Shown here one piece after another: positions 54,127-64,000 of a stretch of 64,000 bases of DNA (the stretch's first letter is position 1; each line of letters opens with the position of its first letter). The DNA comes from Terriglobia bacterium. GTDB taxonomy: Bacteria; Acidobacteriota; Terriglobia; 20CM-2-55-15. Location of the stretch: positions 150,418 to 214,417 of the forward strand of contig CBDCLE010000010.1 of the NCBI GenBank assembly GCA_965218585.1, given 5' to 3'. The translations under genes and the position numbers were made by a program. The notes below the pieces were generated by a model, which did not search any database, was not told where the DNA came from, and worked only from the letters and a program-made list of their open reading frames with translations.

Positions 54127-56165
54127 ATCTGTCCCGCCTCGACGGCCCGCCAATAGGGCCGGGTCACCGGAAGGTAGTAGGGCTTGAGATAAACGCGGAC
54201 GGCGCTGGTCGCGTTGGTGCCGTCATAGGGCAGGCAGATGGCCTGGCAATTGGGAAGCAAGGCAAACTCTCTCGGATGAAACAAAGCCTCCCGGTGTTCC
54301 TGGAATGACTTGCTGGTTCCGACCGACCCCCGGCCGCCCCCGGCCTTGCCGGACAGGAGCGAGACTTCGGCTTGCCGCGCGGATTCGTTGACGGTCCAGC
54401 TCGGCTTGATCTTTCGAACCTGTCCGCAGAGCTTCGAGCCCATCTCGGTGCTGGCGTCGTCGCTGAGGGAAAGAAAGATCCGGGTGCGAAGGGTCTGCAA
54501 GAGAGAGCGCCAGGCCTCGGAATTGCCCAACACGGACCGGAGCGAAGAGATGGACTGGGTGGCGACGATGGGGATGACACGGCACTGCCGGGTGAGGGCA
54601 AAGGCCTTCTCGTCGCCGGAGGGGTCATCCTCGCCGACGGATGCGAACGACTGATATTCATCGCAAATGAAGACGGCGGGCCGGAAGTAAAGCTTCGGGT
54701 CCGCTTTCATCCGTGCCGGCCGCCGGAGCAGGGTCTGGAGCCAGGCGTTTTTGAGGAAGACGCCCACGGCGCGGGCCAGCGCCGGAGATGAGCCGGCGGG
54801 CATGTTGAGCGCGAGGACTTTTCCGGTCTCGATCAGCTCGTCCAGGGGCGGAAGATGCTTCCGCATCCTGGCGGACGACACCGGCGGCCGCTTGTCCGCA
54901 TTCTCCGTTTCATTGCTGCTGCCCGCCATCAGGGGAGCCGGCGGTGCCTTGGGACAGAAAATGGCGGCGACATCCTCCATGTCGAACAGAGACAGGAAAC
55001 TGGAGATCCCCTCGACACACGAGGTCCGCAGCTTCGGATCGAGCTGCATCCAGTCGTGGTTGTACCAGGTCACGACACTGTCGAGCCGCGCGCCGAGACT
55101 CTCTGCGTAGGCGTGACCTCCGGGAGTGATGACGCGGTACTTCACGCCCTGCGTTTTCAACCCGCGTTCTACCGCGGCCGTCCACAAGGTTTTGCATTCC
55201 TCGCCGGAATGTTCGGCCCAACCTGCGAGGGCGAGCAGCTCGAGCTTGCGCCGCGCCCATTCATTGGCTGAAATCACGATCGCTCCATGTTTCTGACTCT
55301 CCACGACAAACGCTGCTTCACCGATCTTTTGCTTGAAGAGTTCCGGATTGATCGCGCATCGGTAGACATCCTGCAAGGTCACCCAGCGATCGGGAAAGAT
55401 CCGGTGCAGCTCGATAATCCACTTCACCAGATTCGTGTAGGCCTGCTGCCAGAACGGATCTTTCCCCTTGCCGAATAACTGATTCAGGAGAGAGGAAACG
55501 GTATAGGCCAGGGAGTAGGAATCGAGCCAGTGGGCGGCCAGAGGGTTCCACTGATAATCACCATCCAGGCTCAGTTCCATGTAATCGTCTTCCCGGCCCG
55601 CCTCTTTGAGAATCTTCCGGATGTCGTAGCAGAAATCCCCCTTGACTTCGAGGACCAGCGCGGCCGCTCGCAGCTCAGGATTCGTGGCTTGCCAGCCGAG
55701 CAATTGCCGGGCAAACGGGTGCATGCAAGCCGAGGTCTTCCCTGACCCGACGGCCCCGAAGATGGCGACTCCGGTGTAGAGCCCCCGCTCCGGGATCACG
55801 AGCCAGTCCGGGTTGGGAACCTCGCGCGCCTCGACCGGGTGATGCATCTCGCCGACAACGATGGCAGGTTTCTCGCCCGAGGGGGAAATCGGCCACGGGG
55901 GCAGCTCGCCCTTGCCGTGTTTCTTCCGTGGACCCGAATCGAACCAGACCCGCCAAACGCCCGAAGCGAGCGTCCCGCCGATGCAGACCACCGTGGCTGG
56001 CATGGCGACATACCAGCCGTGCATCACCCACAGAAGTACGGGCGCATTCAGGGCCATCAGCGCGACGACAGGGTTCTCGGGTCCGGCCGGAAACGGGCTC
56101 AAGAAATACCGGCCCGTTGAGGCGGCAACCGCCAGGACAAAGAGAACAATGTGACTCCATTTCAT
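54123..56165 (-). CDS. VirD4/TraD-like type IV coupling protein
   Basis: Two N-terminal TMs, GAVGSGKT, LVLEVKGDF, FICDEYQ, IVATQS. Confidence 0.88.
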   Translation of the reverse strand: MKWSHIVLFVLAVAASTGRYFLSPFPAGPENPVVALMALNAPVLLWVMHGWYVAMPATVVCIGGTLASGVWRVWFDSGPRKKHGKGELPPWPISPSGEKPAIVVGEMHHPVEAREVPNPDWLVIPERGLYTGVAIFGAVGSGKTSACMHPFARQLLGWQATNPELRAAALVLEVKGDFCYDIRKILKEAGREDDYMELSLDGDYQWNPLAAHWLDSYSLAYTVSSLLNQLFGKGKDPFWQQAYTNLVKWIIELHRIFPDRWVTLQDVYRCAINPELFKQKIGEAAFVVESQKHGAIVISANEWARRKLELLALAGWAEHSGEECKTLWTAAVERGLKTQGVKYRVITPGGHAYAESLGARLDSVVTWYNHDWMQLDPKLRTSCVEGISSFLSLFDMEDVAAIFCPKAPPAPLMAGSSNETENADKRPPVSSARMRKHLPPLDELIETGKVLALNMPAGSSPALARAVGVFLKNAWLQTLLRRPARMKADPKLYFRPAVFICDEYQSFASVGEDDPSGDEKAFALTRQCRVIPIVATQSISSLRSVLGNSEAWRSLLQTLRTRIFLSLSDDASTEMGSKLCGQVRKIKPSWTVNESARQAEVSLLSGKAGGGRGSVGTSKSFQEHREALFHPREFALLPNCQAICLPYDGTNATSAVRVYLKPYYLPVTRPYWRAVEAGQI

Positions 56166-56499
56166 GCCGGATCATTCTTCCGGAATCCGAGCCTTCCCGC
56201 AGGGATCACTTGGCGGGAGCGACCTCCCCGTGGGGAGTGCTGGACCGGCCCCCGCAATGTCCATTGCAAAGGGGGTCCGAGGCCGAACGAGACACGAAAC
56301 AGGGGGGTCGCTCCCGCCACTTTCCCCCTCCCCCGACCGGTGCTGAAGCTGGGCGTGTCAATTGCCTTAACCACAAGTAAGCACAGTGGATAGGGGATAT
56401 AAAAAATGTCAATTGCCTGTGTCACAACATACCCCCTGAGCAATGGACACGGCTGGATCGGCACCGGTGCTGTCCATTGGGTGCCCGAGGTGCTCCCGC

Positions 56500-56745
56500 C
56501 CCTCTGGAGCAGCACTGAGCCCCCTCTGGAGCTGCATTGGGCCTCCCTCTGGAGCTGCACTGGCCTCCCTCTGGAGCTGCACTGGAACCTCCATGCCGGA
56601 ACTGCTCCGGCCCCCCTCTGGAGCAGCACTGGACTCTCTCTGGAGCAGCACTGCCCCCCTCCTGAAACTGCACTGGCCCCCCGCCCTGGAGCAGCACTGA
56701 GCCCCCTCTGGAGCAGCACTGCCCCCCCGCTCTGGAACAGCACTG
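56500..56745. repeat. Iteron-like array, about 11 copies of CTCTGGAGC(A/T)GCACTG at about 22-bp period
   Basis: Copies near 56500, 56522, 56545, 56567, 56592 (degenerate), 56614, 56636, 56657 (degenerate), 56684, 56704, 56728. Confidence 0.88.
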
Positions 56746-56872
56746 GAAAGGCGCGAATCGTGGCCTAACCACAAGTGAATACGAGGGATAGGGGACAGCG
56801 AGAAATGAACATGGGCCGTGATAAATAACCCCCTGGCCGAATGCCTCCCGAAAAAATACGCGGGGTTCCATT

Positions 56873-57841
56873 TCATTCCGGAGTCTCGTAGATCTGCGTA
56901 CCATCCGGATAAATGCGTTCGGATCGCCATATCTCGAACGTGTCAATCCGGATGGTATGCGGCGCGGGTCTTTCCAGCATGTCCTTCAACTCCCGATAGC
57001 GCCTCCCGGCATTTTGAAAGCCTCCGAAGTGCGCGAGCACCTTGGAATCGAAGATATCGAGGGCTCCGGAAACCTCATCCAGTTCCTTCTCGAAGGCCGC
57101 CTCCTGGGGGCTCCCGGCCTGAACTCTTTTTTCCTCGCGCGCCCATCGCTCCAACACGGCGCGCGCGCGTGTGTCGGCGGGAGGATTGACTCCGATTGCG
57201 GCCACATGAATCGTGATCCCGTGCTCCCGCATGCCCGCCCAGACAGGCGCGTGCGCCCGGCCCCAATGCCGGAGTTCGGTGGAGCTGTTGTTGCCGGGAT
57301 CGACATAGACAAACGTGGAGGTCCGTCCTCCGGCCAGGGGCAATTTCAGGTTGAAGTACCGGGTGACGCTCCCGGCCGCTCCGGTATAAATCCGCTTCGG
57401 CAGCCGCTCGGTGGGGATGCCGACTTCTTCGCAGTACCAAACTTTTTCCTCTTCGGTCGGGAGCCATGGCAGTTCGGGATGTTCGAGGACGTAATCCAGA
57501 GACAGGAGCCGCCGGAGATAGACTCCGGGATCGGGAAATTTCCGGTGGCGGATGTGGGGAACCCCCAGCGCCCGGTAGATGCCCTTGTGGGTGATCCGGC
57601 AGGCTCGGGTGCGGTTCTCGCGGCGAAGGACGGGAATGGGCTCTTCCACGGCAAGTTTCAGATCCACGAGGCTCTGAACGAAGCGTCGCGCGCGGTTGGG
57701 GTACGTGTTGCAATAGGCCATGTATTGCGTGCGGGTGAATATGCCGCTGTGGAGACAGACTAGTGCAACCCATTCGGCGTCCTGCTGGCTCCACCCGAAT
57801 GGCTCCAGTGTTTTTTCACGTTCTCGCAGATGAGCAATCAT
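56873..57841 (-). CDS. Uncharacterised ICE protein (N-terminal winged-helix-like; candidate initiator/relaxase)
   Basis: 322 aa, ATGA-coupled to virB8; WVALVCLHSG.F.R.QY, LLSLDYVL, WLPTEEEKV, FVYVD. Confidence 0.7.
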   Translation of the reverse strand: MIAHLREREKTLEPFGWSQQDAEWVALVCLHSGIFTRTQYMAYCNTYPNRARRFVQSLVDLKLAVEEPIPVLRRENRTRACRITHKGIYRALGVPHIRHRKFPDPGVYLRRLLSLDYVLEHPELPWLPTEEEKVWYCEEVGIPTERLPKRIYTGAAGSVTRYFNLKLPLAGGRTSTFVYVDPGNNSSTELRHWGRAHAPVWAGMREHGITIHVAAIGVNPPADTRARAVLERWAREEKRVQAGSPQEAAFEKELDEVSGALDIFDSKVLAHFGGFQNAGRRYRELKDMLERPAPHTIRIDTFEIWRSERIYPDGTQIYETPE

Positions 57842-58518
57842 GGCGTCTCGCTCGTGATGAGGGTTCGATCGGTTTCCAGGTAGGTGACCTGGATGCCCAT
57901 CGGGTTGACGATGACCAGGTCGGTCGGAATGACCGGCATGAAAACAAACTGCATCGTGGCGGTCCATGCCTCCCGGGACACTTCCCGTTCCTGCCGGGTC
58001 CGGACGAGGACAAAGTCGGCCACCGCCCCGTGCGGCTCAGTGGGATTGGCCTGAATCCGAAGCACGACATTCTCGACACGCAGTTCTTCTCCGGTGATCC
58101 CGGCGGCGAGCAGAGCGATTTCCTCGTTGCTGGTGGTGAAGGCCGCGTTGGCCAGATCGGTGCTGAGAAACCGCAGGCTGCGGGGCCAATATTCCTGCGC
58201 CGTCGCCCGGCGGCGGCCGAAGTGGTCATGGAGAAAGCGGTTGAGGAAATACTTGGTGGTCGGATCGCGCGGGTCGGCCTGCGCCTCGATGGCTTCATAG
58301 GCGAGGGCTTCGGCCCGGCCGACTTCATCCACCCGAACGACAATCGGACGGGGCGGCTCGACCGACGAGAGCCGAACCACGGCGATGGTGACGAATAATA
58401 GCAATACGCCGAGGACGATGGAGACGACGCGCAGGTGACGGTTCGAGTGGATCGTCTCGCCCCATATCTCGGCGTATTCCCGGCCGGCGTCAGATTCTGT
58501 GTCTTTGGATTTTGCCAC
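57838..58518 (-). CDS. VirB8/TrbF family protein
   Basis: Single TM, PIVVRVDEVGRA, terminal NPMGIQVT. Confidence 0.88.
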   Translation of the reverse strand: MAKSKDTESDAGREYAEIWGETIHSNRHLRVVSIVLGVLLLFVTIAVVRLSSVEPPRPIVVRVDEVGRAEALAYEAIEAQADPRDPTTKYFLNRFLHDHFGRRRATAQEYWPRSLRFLSTDLANAAFTTSNEEIALLAAGITGEELRVENVVLRIQANPTEPHGAVADFVLVRTRQEREVSREAWTATMQFVFMPVIPTDLVIVNPMGIQVTYLETDRTLITSETP

Positions 58519-58522
58519 GGAT

Positions 58523-59524
58523 TTATGCTCCCTTGAATTTAGAAACACCCTGCGCGGCCTGGCCGATGAGGCCCATGATTCCACCGCCACCGCCGCTCCC
58601 CGAGACGAGTTGTGAGGCCAGCGTGCCGATCATGAGCGAGGACAAGACTCCCGCGGCCACCAGGGGAACGATGCTGAGGAACCAGGCCGTGCTGTGCCAC
58701 CAGAAGCTGTTACCGGGCGGGGGACCATTGATGATGGCCTCGATCCAGCCCATGCTGGCCGCGAGGAACACCCGCATCAGCGCCGCCGCGATCGCGCCGT
58801 AGAGGGTGTAGGTGAACATGCCCTTGAACCACCCCCAGAACAGGAAGGCGAGGGGCTCGACCAGAAGAAAGGGAATGAAGAGCGGCCCGAGGATCAGGAG
58901 GACGCCCAGGGCCAGCTGCGCCCATATCACCTGTCCCATGGAAACGGCATAGATCACGATGAGACATAGGAGAATGAGCAGGAGAAAGAGCTCGAAGATG
59001 ATGGTGTGAAGAAAGGCCATGAAGAGGTAGGACAGGTTGGTGAGGCCGTTGAGGACAATGTCGAGCATCCCGCTTCCCGACCCCAGCTCCATGGATGAGG
59101 CACGGGCAAAGAAGTTCTGGGAGAGCCGCGAGAAGGAGACGAGATAATCCTCTCCGGTGTTGGCAATCAACACGCCCTGGAGCCAGTTGCCGCCTTCGGT
59201 AATGGCGGCCGTGAAGGACAGGGTCGAGCCGGGAAGGGGAGTGTTATAGAAGCTGAGCATCGCCCAGGGAAACCAGAGTGCGATGACGATCCGCACGAGG
59301 TCCCATGGCCGGAAATCGCCCGTGAAGGCGATGCGCAGGCCGGTCCAGGCGACGAGGATGGCGGCCAGCCCCCGCCACATCGCCATACCGGTCGCCTGCA
59401 CCTGTGGGGCCGCTGCGGCGATAATCTGATCCATGATGCCGCTGACGACAGTGGCCACGTCGGGCGCGGCCGCCGGGTCCGGCGGAATGGTCGGGACGAG
59501 TTGGAGCATCAGCACGAGCATCAT
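58523..59524 (-). CDS. VirB6/TrbL family inner-membrane protein
   Basis: Multiple TMs, ILGPLFIPFLL...FLFWGW, terminal A..LVSG-Gly tract. Confidence 0.85.
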   Translation of the reverse strand: MMLVLMLQLVPTIPPDPAAAPDVATVVSGIMDQIIAAAAPQVQATGMAMWRGLAAILVAWTGLRIAFTGDFRPWDLVRIVIALWFPWAMLSFYNTPLPGSTLSFTAAITEGGNWLQGVLIANTGEDYLVSFSRLSQNFFARASSMELGSGSGMLDIVLNGLTNLSYLFMAFLHTIIFELFLLLILLCLIVIYAVSMGQVIWAQLALGVLLILGPLFIPFLLVEPLAFLFWGWFKGMFTYTLYGAIAAALMRVFLAASMGWIEAIINGPPPGNSFWWHSTAWFLSIVPLVAAGVLSSLMIGTLASQLVSGSGGGGGIMGLIGQAAQGVSKFKGA

Positions 59525-60475
59525 CAGTTCCCGGCAAAGACAGGATTCAGGCGATAGCCGCCATACATGGATTCGATGCGCGCGTCCGCGCCCGCGGCCA
59601 GGGTGGCCTGCTCCTGAGCCCATTGGGCTTCAAGGGCCGCACGTTCCACCAGGCGCCGGGCTTCGGTCTGCCGGCGGAGTTCCTCTGCGCGAAAGCGATC
59701 CGCCGCCGCTTCTGTTGCCGCCATGGCGCGGCTGCGTCCAATTCCGATCAGGGTTCGGATTTTGGGCGAGCGAGGCGAGGACATCACCTTCGGTGAGCGC
59801 CGGCGATGAGCGATTCGGCCCGCCGGTATCGGGGTCCGCATCGACCCGCTCCCCGATGCGGCCGATGGCACGGGTCGTGGCTTCGCGGATTTCGATCAGG
59901 TCGGCTCCGGCATCCGCCCGGGCTCCGGCATACTCGAGGCGCCGATCGCCTTCCACCCGTTGCCGCTCAAAGGTGGCCACGGCGGCATCGGCGGCATTGG
60001 GACCGCTCTGGTAGACGTTGCGGATGTCGGCCTCTGAGACGGTGTCCAACGCCTGCAACACGTCGCGCCAGCTTCGGCTAAAGGATTCGCTGTTGTCGGC
60101 GAAGTCCTGGATGGAGCGGACCATGTCCCCGGCGGGGCCGGTGAAATCCGAGTGCCAGTCGCGCGTGGTGTCAAGCAGATCCGTAGGCGTTGCGACGAGA
60201 TCGGCCATCGGGTCTGTGATCGCGCCGATCAAGCCCTGCGCCCCGTCGCGGATCTGGGTGAGCTGGTTCCGGGCGGTCTCGAGCTGTTCGACGAGCTTTT
60301 GAAGCTCCCGGACCTGGTTGGCGATCATCGCCCGCTGGTTGCCGTGCATCATCGGCCGCAGGACGAACCAGATGAGCAGGTCTTCGGGGCTGGGGATGCC
60401 GAAGATGCCGAAGGCCGGGACGGCCGCGGCCAGTGCGATGATGAGCGCCCATGTGATGACTCGTTTTTTCATCAT
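59524..60475 (-). CDS. VirB5/TrbJ-like secreted helical protein, paralog 3 (frameshift near 59760)
   Basis: Signal peptide, MIANQV..L coiled coil; C-terminus shared with paralogs; position before virB6. Confidence 0.6.
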
Positions 60476-60479
60476 GGCT

Positions 60480-61374
60480 CTAGTTCCCGGCAAAGACAGG
60501 ATTCAGGCGATAGCCGCCATACATGGATTCGATGCGCGCGCCGGCGCCCAGCGCCAGTGCGGCCTGTTCCTGAGCCCATTGGGCTTCAAGGGCCGCGCGT
60601 TCAGCCAGGCGCCGGGCTTCGATCTCCCGCCCGCATGAGTTCGGCGTTGTAGGCTTCGGCCGCGGCGGCCGACGCGTCCCATGCTTCCATCTGAGCCAGC
60701 GCCCCCAGAAGTTGTCCCTGGGAGAGATTGCCGACCAGGATCGCCTGTTGCAGCGCCGTGTCGGAAACATTGTTTTCTCCGGCTATGGTGTCGATCTTGT
60801 CCTGGACTTCGGCGGCCGTGGCGGCAAGAGACGCGGCGGCATCGGCCCGTGCATGGGACAGGACAACGCTGCGGTCCGCGTAGTCGCGTTGCCGCTCAAA
60901 GCTCGCAACAGCGGCATCGGCCCCATGGGGGCCGCTCTGGTAGATCGTGCGGATGTCGGCCTCTGAGACGGTGTCGGCCTGTTGCAACACGTCGCGCCAG
61001 CTCTCACTGAACGACGTGCCACCGGAGAGATCAGTCACCGCCGTCACCATGTCGGCGACGGGTCCGGTGAAATCCGCGTGCCAGTCGCGCGCGGTGTGGA
61101 GCAGGTCGGTGGGCACGGCAACAAGCTGCGCGATGGGGTCCGCAATCGCGCCGATCTGTCCAAGCGCGGATTCCTTGAGATGCTCGAACTGTCCGGTGAG
61201 CTGCGCGATGTGGCGGTCCATGCGCAACAGGGCTTGAACCTGATTGGAAATCTGCGTGCCCTGGTTGGCGATCATCACGAGATAGTGAATGCTGTCCTGC
61301 GCCCTCCCGCGCCGCACAAGACCCGGAAGCCAGAGGGCGCCGATGGCGATGAGGACGATCAATGTTTTCTTCAT
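60480..61374 (-). CDS. VirB5/TrbJ-like protein, paralog 2 (frameshift near 60630)
   Basis: Signal peptide, MIANQGTQISNQ, shared C-terminus. Confidence 0.6.
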
Positions 61375-61387
61375 TGGGGATGCTCCT

Positions 61388-62259
61388 TTAGTTGCCGGAA
61401 AAGAATGGATGCAAGCGATAGCCGCCATACATGGATTCGATGCGTGCGTCGGCGCCTGCGGCCAGTGCGGCCTGTTGCTGGGCCCATTGGGCTTCAAGGG
61501 CCGCACGTTCGGCCAAACGCCGGGCTTCGATCTCCCGCCGCATGACTTCGGCGTTGTAGGCATCCGCCGCCCTGGGTGGATGTTTCATAAGCGCGAAGCT
61601 CAACCATTGCCACGATGAGCCGGGCGCGGGTGAGCGTCGCGGCGAGTTGTGTTTGGGCAAGGCCCGTACGGGTGACGCTGTTGCGGGCTTCAAGATCCGC
61701 AACAACACGTTCGGCCTCGTCCAGCGTGTCGGTGAGCGCGGCGGCGGCATCGGCCTGGGCATGGGCCAGGACCATGCTGCGATCGGCGTAGTCCCGTTGC
61801 CGCCCGAAGGTCGCAACGGCGGCATGGGCGGCATGGGGGACTGCTCTGGTAGATAGTGTGGATGTCGGCCTCTGAGACGGTGTCGGCGGTTTGCAACACG
61901 TCGCGCCAGTCGGGAAGCGGCACGGGGGTATTGAGCAGGTCGGTGGGTGCGGCGAGCAACTGCTGGTAGGAATCTTTGAACGCGCCAATCATGTTGAGGG
62001 TGTCACACACGACGGCGGCCTCGTTTATGGGAGTCGCTTCGGCGCCCGCCGCCATGCCCTGCGCCGAACAGTCGAGGCTCGTAAATTGATTGAGCAATGT
62101 CGTGTAGCGCGTGACCCGATTGACGAGTTCCTGGGCCTGATTGATGATCTCGGTGGCTTGCAGGTCCAGATCGAACTGCGCGCTCGCGCCCGGCGGTATG
62201 GCAAAGACCCCAGTGAGAGCGAGAGAAAGAGAGAAAGCGATCGCGTGTTTGATCGTCAT
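61388..62259 (-). CDS. VirB5/TrbJ-like protein, paralog 1 (frameshifts near 61840 and 61575)
   Basis: Signal peptide ..GASAQ, EIINQ..EL, shared C-terminus. Confidence 0.58.
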
Positions 62260-63608
62260 TGGATTCCTCCTGTCGGCGGCGGCGCGGGCGGCACGAGGAC
62301 ATCGCCGGTGAACCAGATGCGCACGCGGTGGCCCGCGCGAATCGTGATGGTGGGCAGGCGATTGAGGAAGCGGTCGAGAATCCGCACCGCACCTTCCCCA
62401 AGCCCTTGGCTGGCGCCGGCCTGGAAGCCCTGTCGGCCTCCACCATAGGGGTTCGAGCCAATGGCGGTGAGGCCGGAAAGGATGCCGACGGCGCCGGCCG
62501 CCGCGAACATCGAGAAATAATGGCGATCGACTTGATCCTTGAGCGCGCTTTCCCCAATCTGGTTGAGGCCATTGAATTCGAGCGAGACGCTGCGGCCGTC
62601 CGGCCAGAGGATGCGGTGAAAGGCAACGGCGAGCCGCTCCTGATCGGCCCCGGCAACGGCCTCGACAGAACCGACGATCCGCGCGCCGCGGGGGATCAGG
62701 ACCCGCTGGCGGTCAGCGGAAATAGAAGGGGACCGATACGTTGGCGAGGACCGGACCGGGAAACTCGCCGCTGAGCTCGGTGACCCAGAACGGCCTCCAG
62801 AAACGATCCTTCATAAATACGGTCCCAACCGTCCGGATCGGTCGGCCGGTCGACGGCGGGCGTTTCCGCCTCGGGCCCCCAGCCGTGCAAGAGAAGGGGG
62901 CGGGCCCGAAGTCGCCGACGCGGGCTGCGCTGTCGCGGCCAGTTCCCGGTCGTTGAGTTCGGTGAGCAATTGGAGAAACTCCCCGGCCGTGGAAATGGAC
63001 TCTTGGGCCGTGACGGCCGGAAGGGCGGCCTGGGGAGCTTGGGCGGCCGGAACCCGGCCGGAAAGTGTGCCGGGGAGCTCGGCCACAGCCGCTTCGGAGT
63101 TCCGATAGGACAGCACGAGCGGTTCGGTGCGCAGGGAACGCCGACGGCGCTCCATTTCCTCGAGCCGCAGTGTTTCAAGCAAGACCGCCTCGGCCTCGCT
63201 ACGTGGCCCATCGCTTGGGAAGGGGACGGGCTGATCGTCGGCAAGCAAGCCCGTGCCGGGGTCTTGACCGGGCAGCCCTACGATGCCCGCTCCCAATAGG
63301 GCCGCAGTCGATTCCTGTTCGTTCTGGAGTTCGGCCAATTGCCGCTCGGCCGCCCCGGCCTGTTGAGAGAGTTGTTCGGCTTGCCGGCGGGCTTCGGCTG
63401 CGATTGCCGCGGCGGCGCGTTGCTGAAGATCGAAGCCGGCGGCCTCGGGAACCTCAATCTCGGCTTCGGGTCCGCCCCCGCCGGTGAAACTCCAGGTCAG
63501 CAGCGTTGCGGCCAGGAGCAGGGATATGGCCGCAACCCCGATTTTGGTGATGAGGCCGCCGGGCATGACACCGCCCGGTGAGATGGGAATCTTTTTCCAT
63601 ACGCTCAT
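62256..63608 (-). CDS. VirB10/TrbI family protein (frameshifted)
   Basis: N-terminal TM, IYEGSFLEAVL, terminal LDRFLNRLPTITIRAGHRV.I..T.D. Confidence 0.85.
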
Positions 63609-63611
63609 AAC

Positions 63612-64000
63612 TTAACGCTCCGGCTCGTAGCGCCATATCGCCCGGCGCTCTCCAATCTGCAGCCATCCGGAATCGAGGATGCGCCGCACAATGAACAGGC
63701 CGTCTTCGGTGAGGTCATAGGCCACCAGCGTCGGGTCACCGTCCACGGCTTCATACAGGGCCGGTGATTCCTGGGCGTGTGAGCGGAGATAGGTGAACTG
63801 GCCGTCGTGCCACATGGCTTCGACATTGAAGGGGGATCCAGCGCCCGATCCGACAGGCCGTAAACGAAATGCAGCCGCGTGGGATAGTCCGCCCGAAAGT
63901 CCTCGACGGCCGCCGCGGCCTCGGCGCGCGCCTCCGCGGCCAGGGTGTCGGCCGCGGCCTGGGCGTTGCGCGCTGCAGCTTGAGCCTGTTGCGCCATGAC
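63612..64000 (-). CDS. VirB9/TrbG family protein, 3' part (frameshifted)
   Basis: MWHDGQFTYL, ESPALY, LV.Y, IV..I...GWLQIG. Confidence 0.82.
   Translation of the reverse strand, partial: HGATGSSCSAQRPGRGRHPGRGGARRGRGGRRGLSGGLSHAAAFRLRPVGSGAGSPFNVEAMWHDGQFTYLRSHAQESPALYEAVDGDPTLVAYDLTEDGLFIVRRILDSGWLQIGERRAIWRYEPER

Larger units (their letters stand above)
50329..64000 (-). mobile_element. Integrative conjugative element at tRNA-Asn (continues beyond window)
   Basis: Integrase ends 8 bp from the tRNA 3' end; xis, repA and T4SS genes all co-oriented on minus strand. Confidence 0.88.

Noticed and set aside
56500-56745. CRISPR or mini-array; ORFs 56162-56743, 56409-56930, 56422-56946
   Set aside because: Gaps between repeats are only a few bases; the ORFs are repeat translations in several frames

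Overview
GC-rich bacterial window, most consistent with an Acidobacteriota genome (inference from gene content and repeat families). It has three zones. (1) About 1-21 kb is an accessory mosaic: a FitAB/VapBC toxin-antitoxin pair, an MltD-like LysM transglycosylase, nested IS3/IS21/Tn3/resolvase remnants, a broken RloA/RloB pair, a complete group II intron (5854-8008), fliK/flgD remnants, an IS110/IS1111 element whose non-coding right end carries guide-like matches to its own junction, secreted hypothetical proteins, an amine oxidase and a secreted ankyrin protein. (2) About 21-50 kb is mostly intact core genome (ArnT-like, LpxL-like, htpX, glcDEF, PilB/GspE, eno, ruvAB, a microcompartment mini-locus, pcrA/uvrD, glmSU, csrA, dacB, proline dehydrogenase, rnz, miaB), interspersed with three REP-like families and a 31-bp tandem repeat. 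(3) 50.3-64 kb is an integrative conjugative element at tRNA-Asn: integrase, excisionase, IS6-disrupted RepA, VirB11, VirD4-like protein, an iteron-like array bracketed by paired bipartite boxes next to an uncharacterised gene, VirB8, VirB6, three tandem VirB5/TrbJ-like paralogs, VirB10 and VirB9. Many frameshifts may be sequencing errors or real decay. All family calls come from motif recognition by eye, not database searches.
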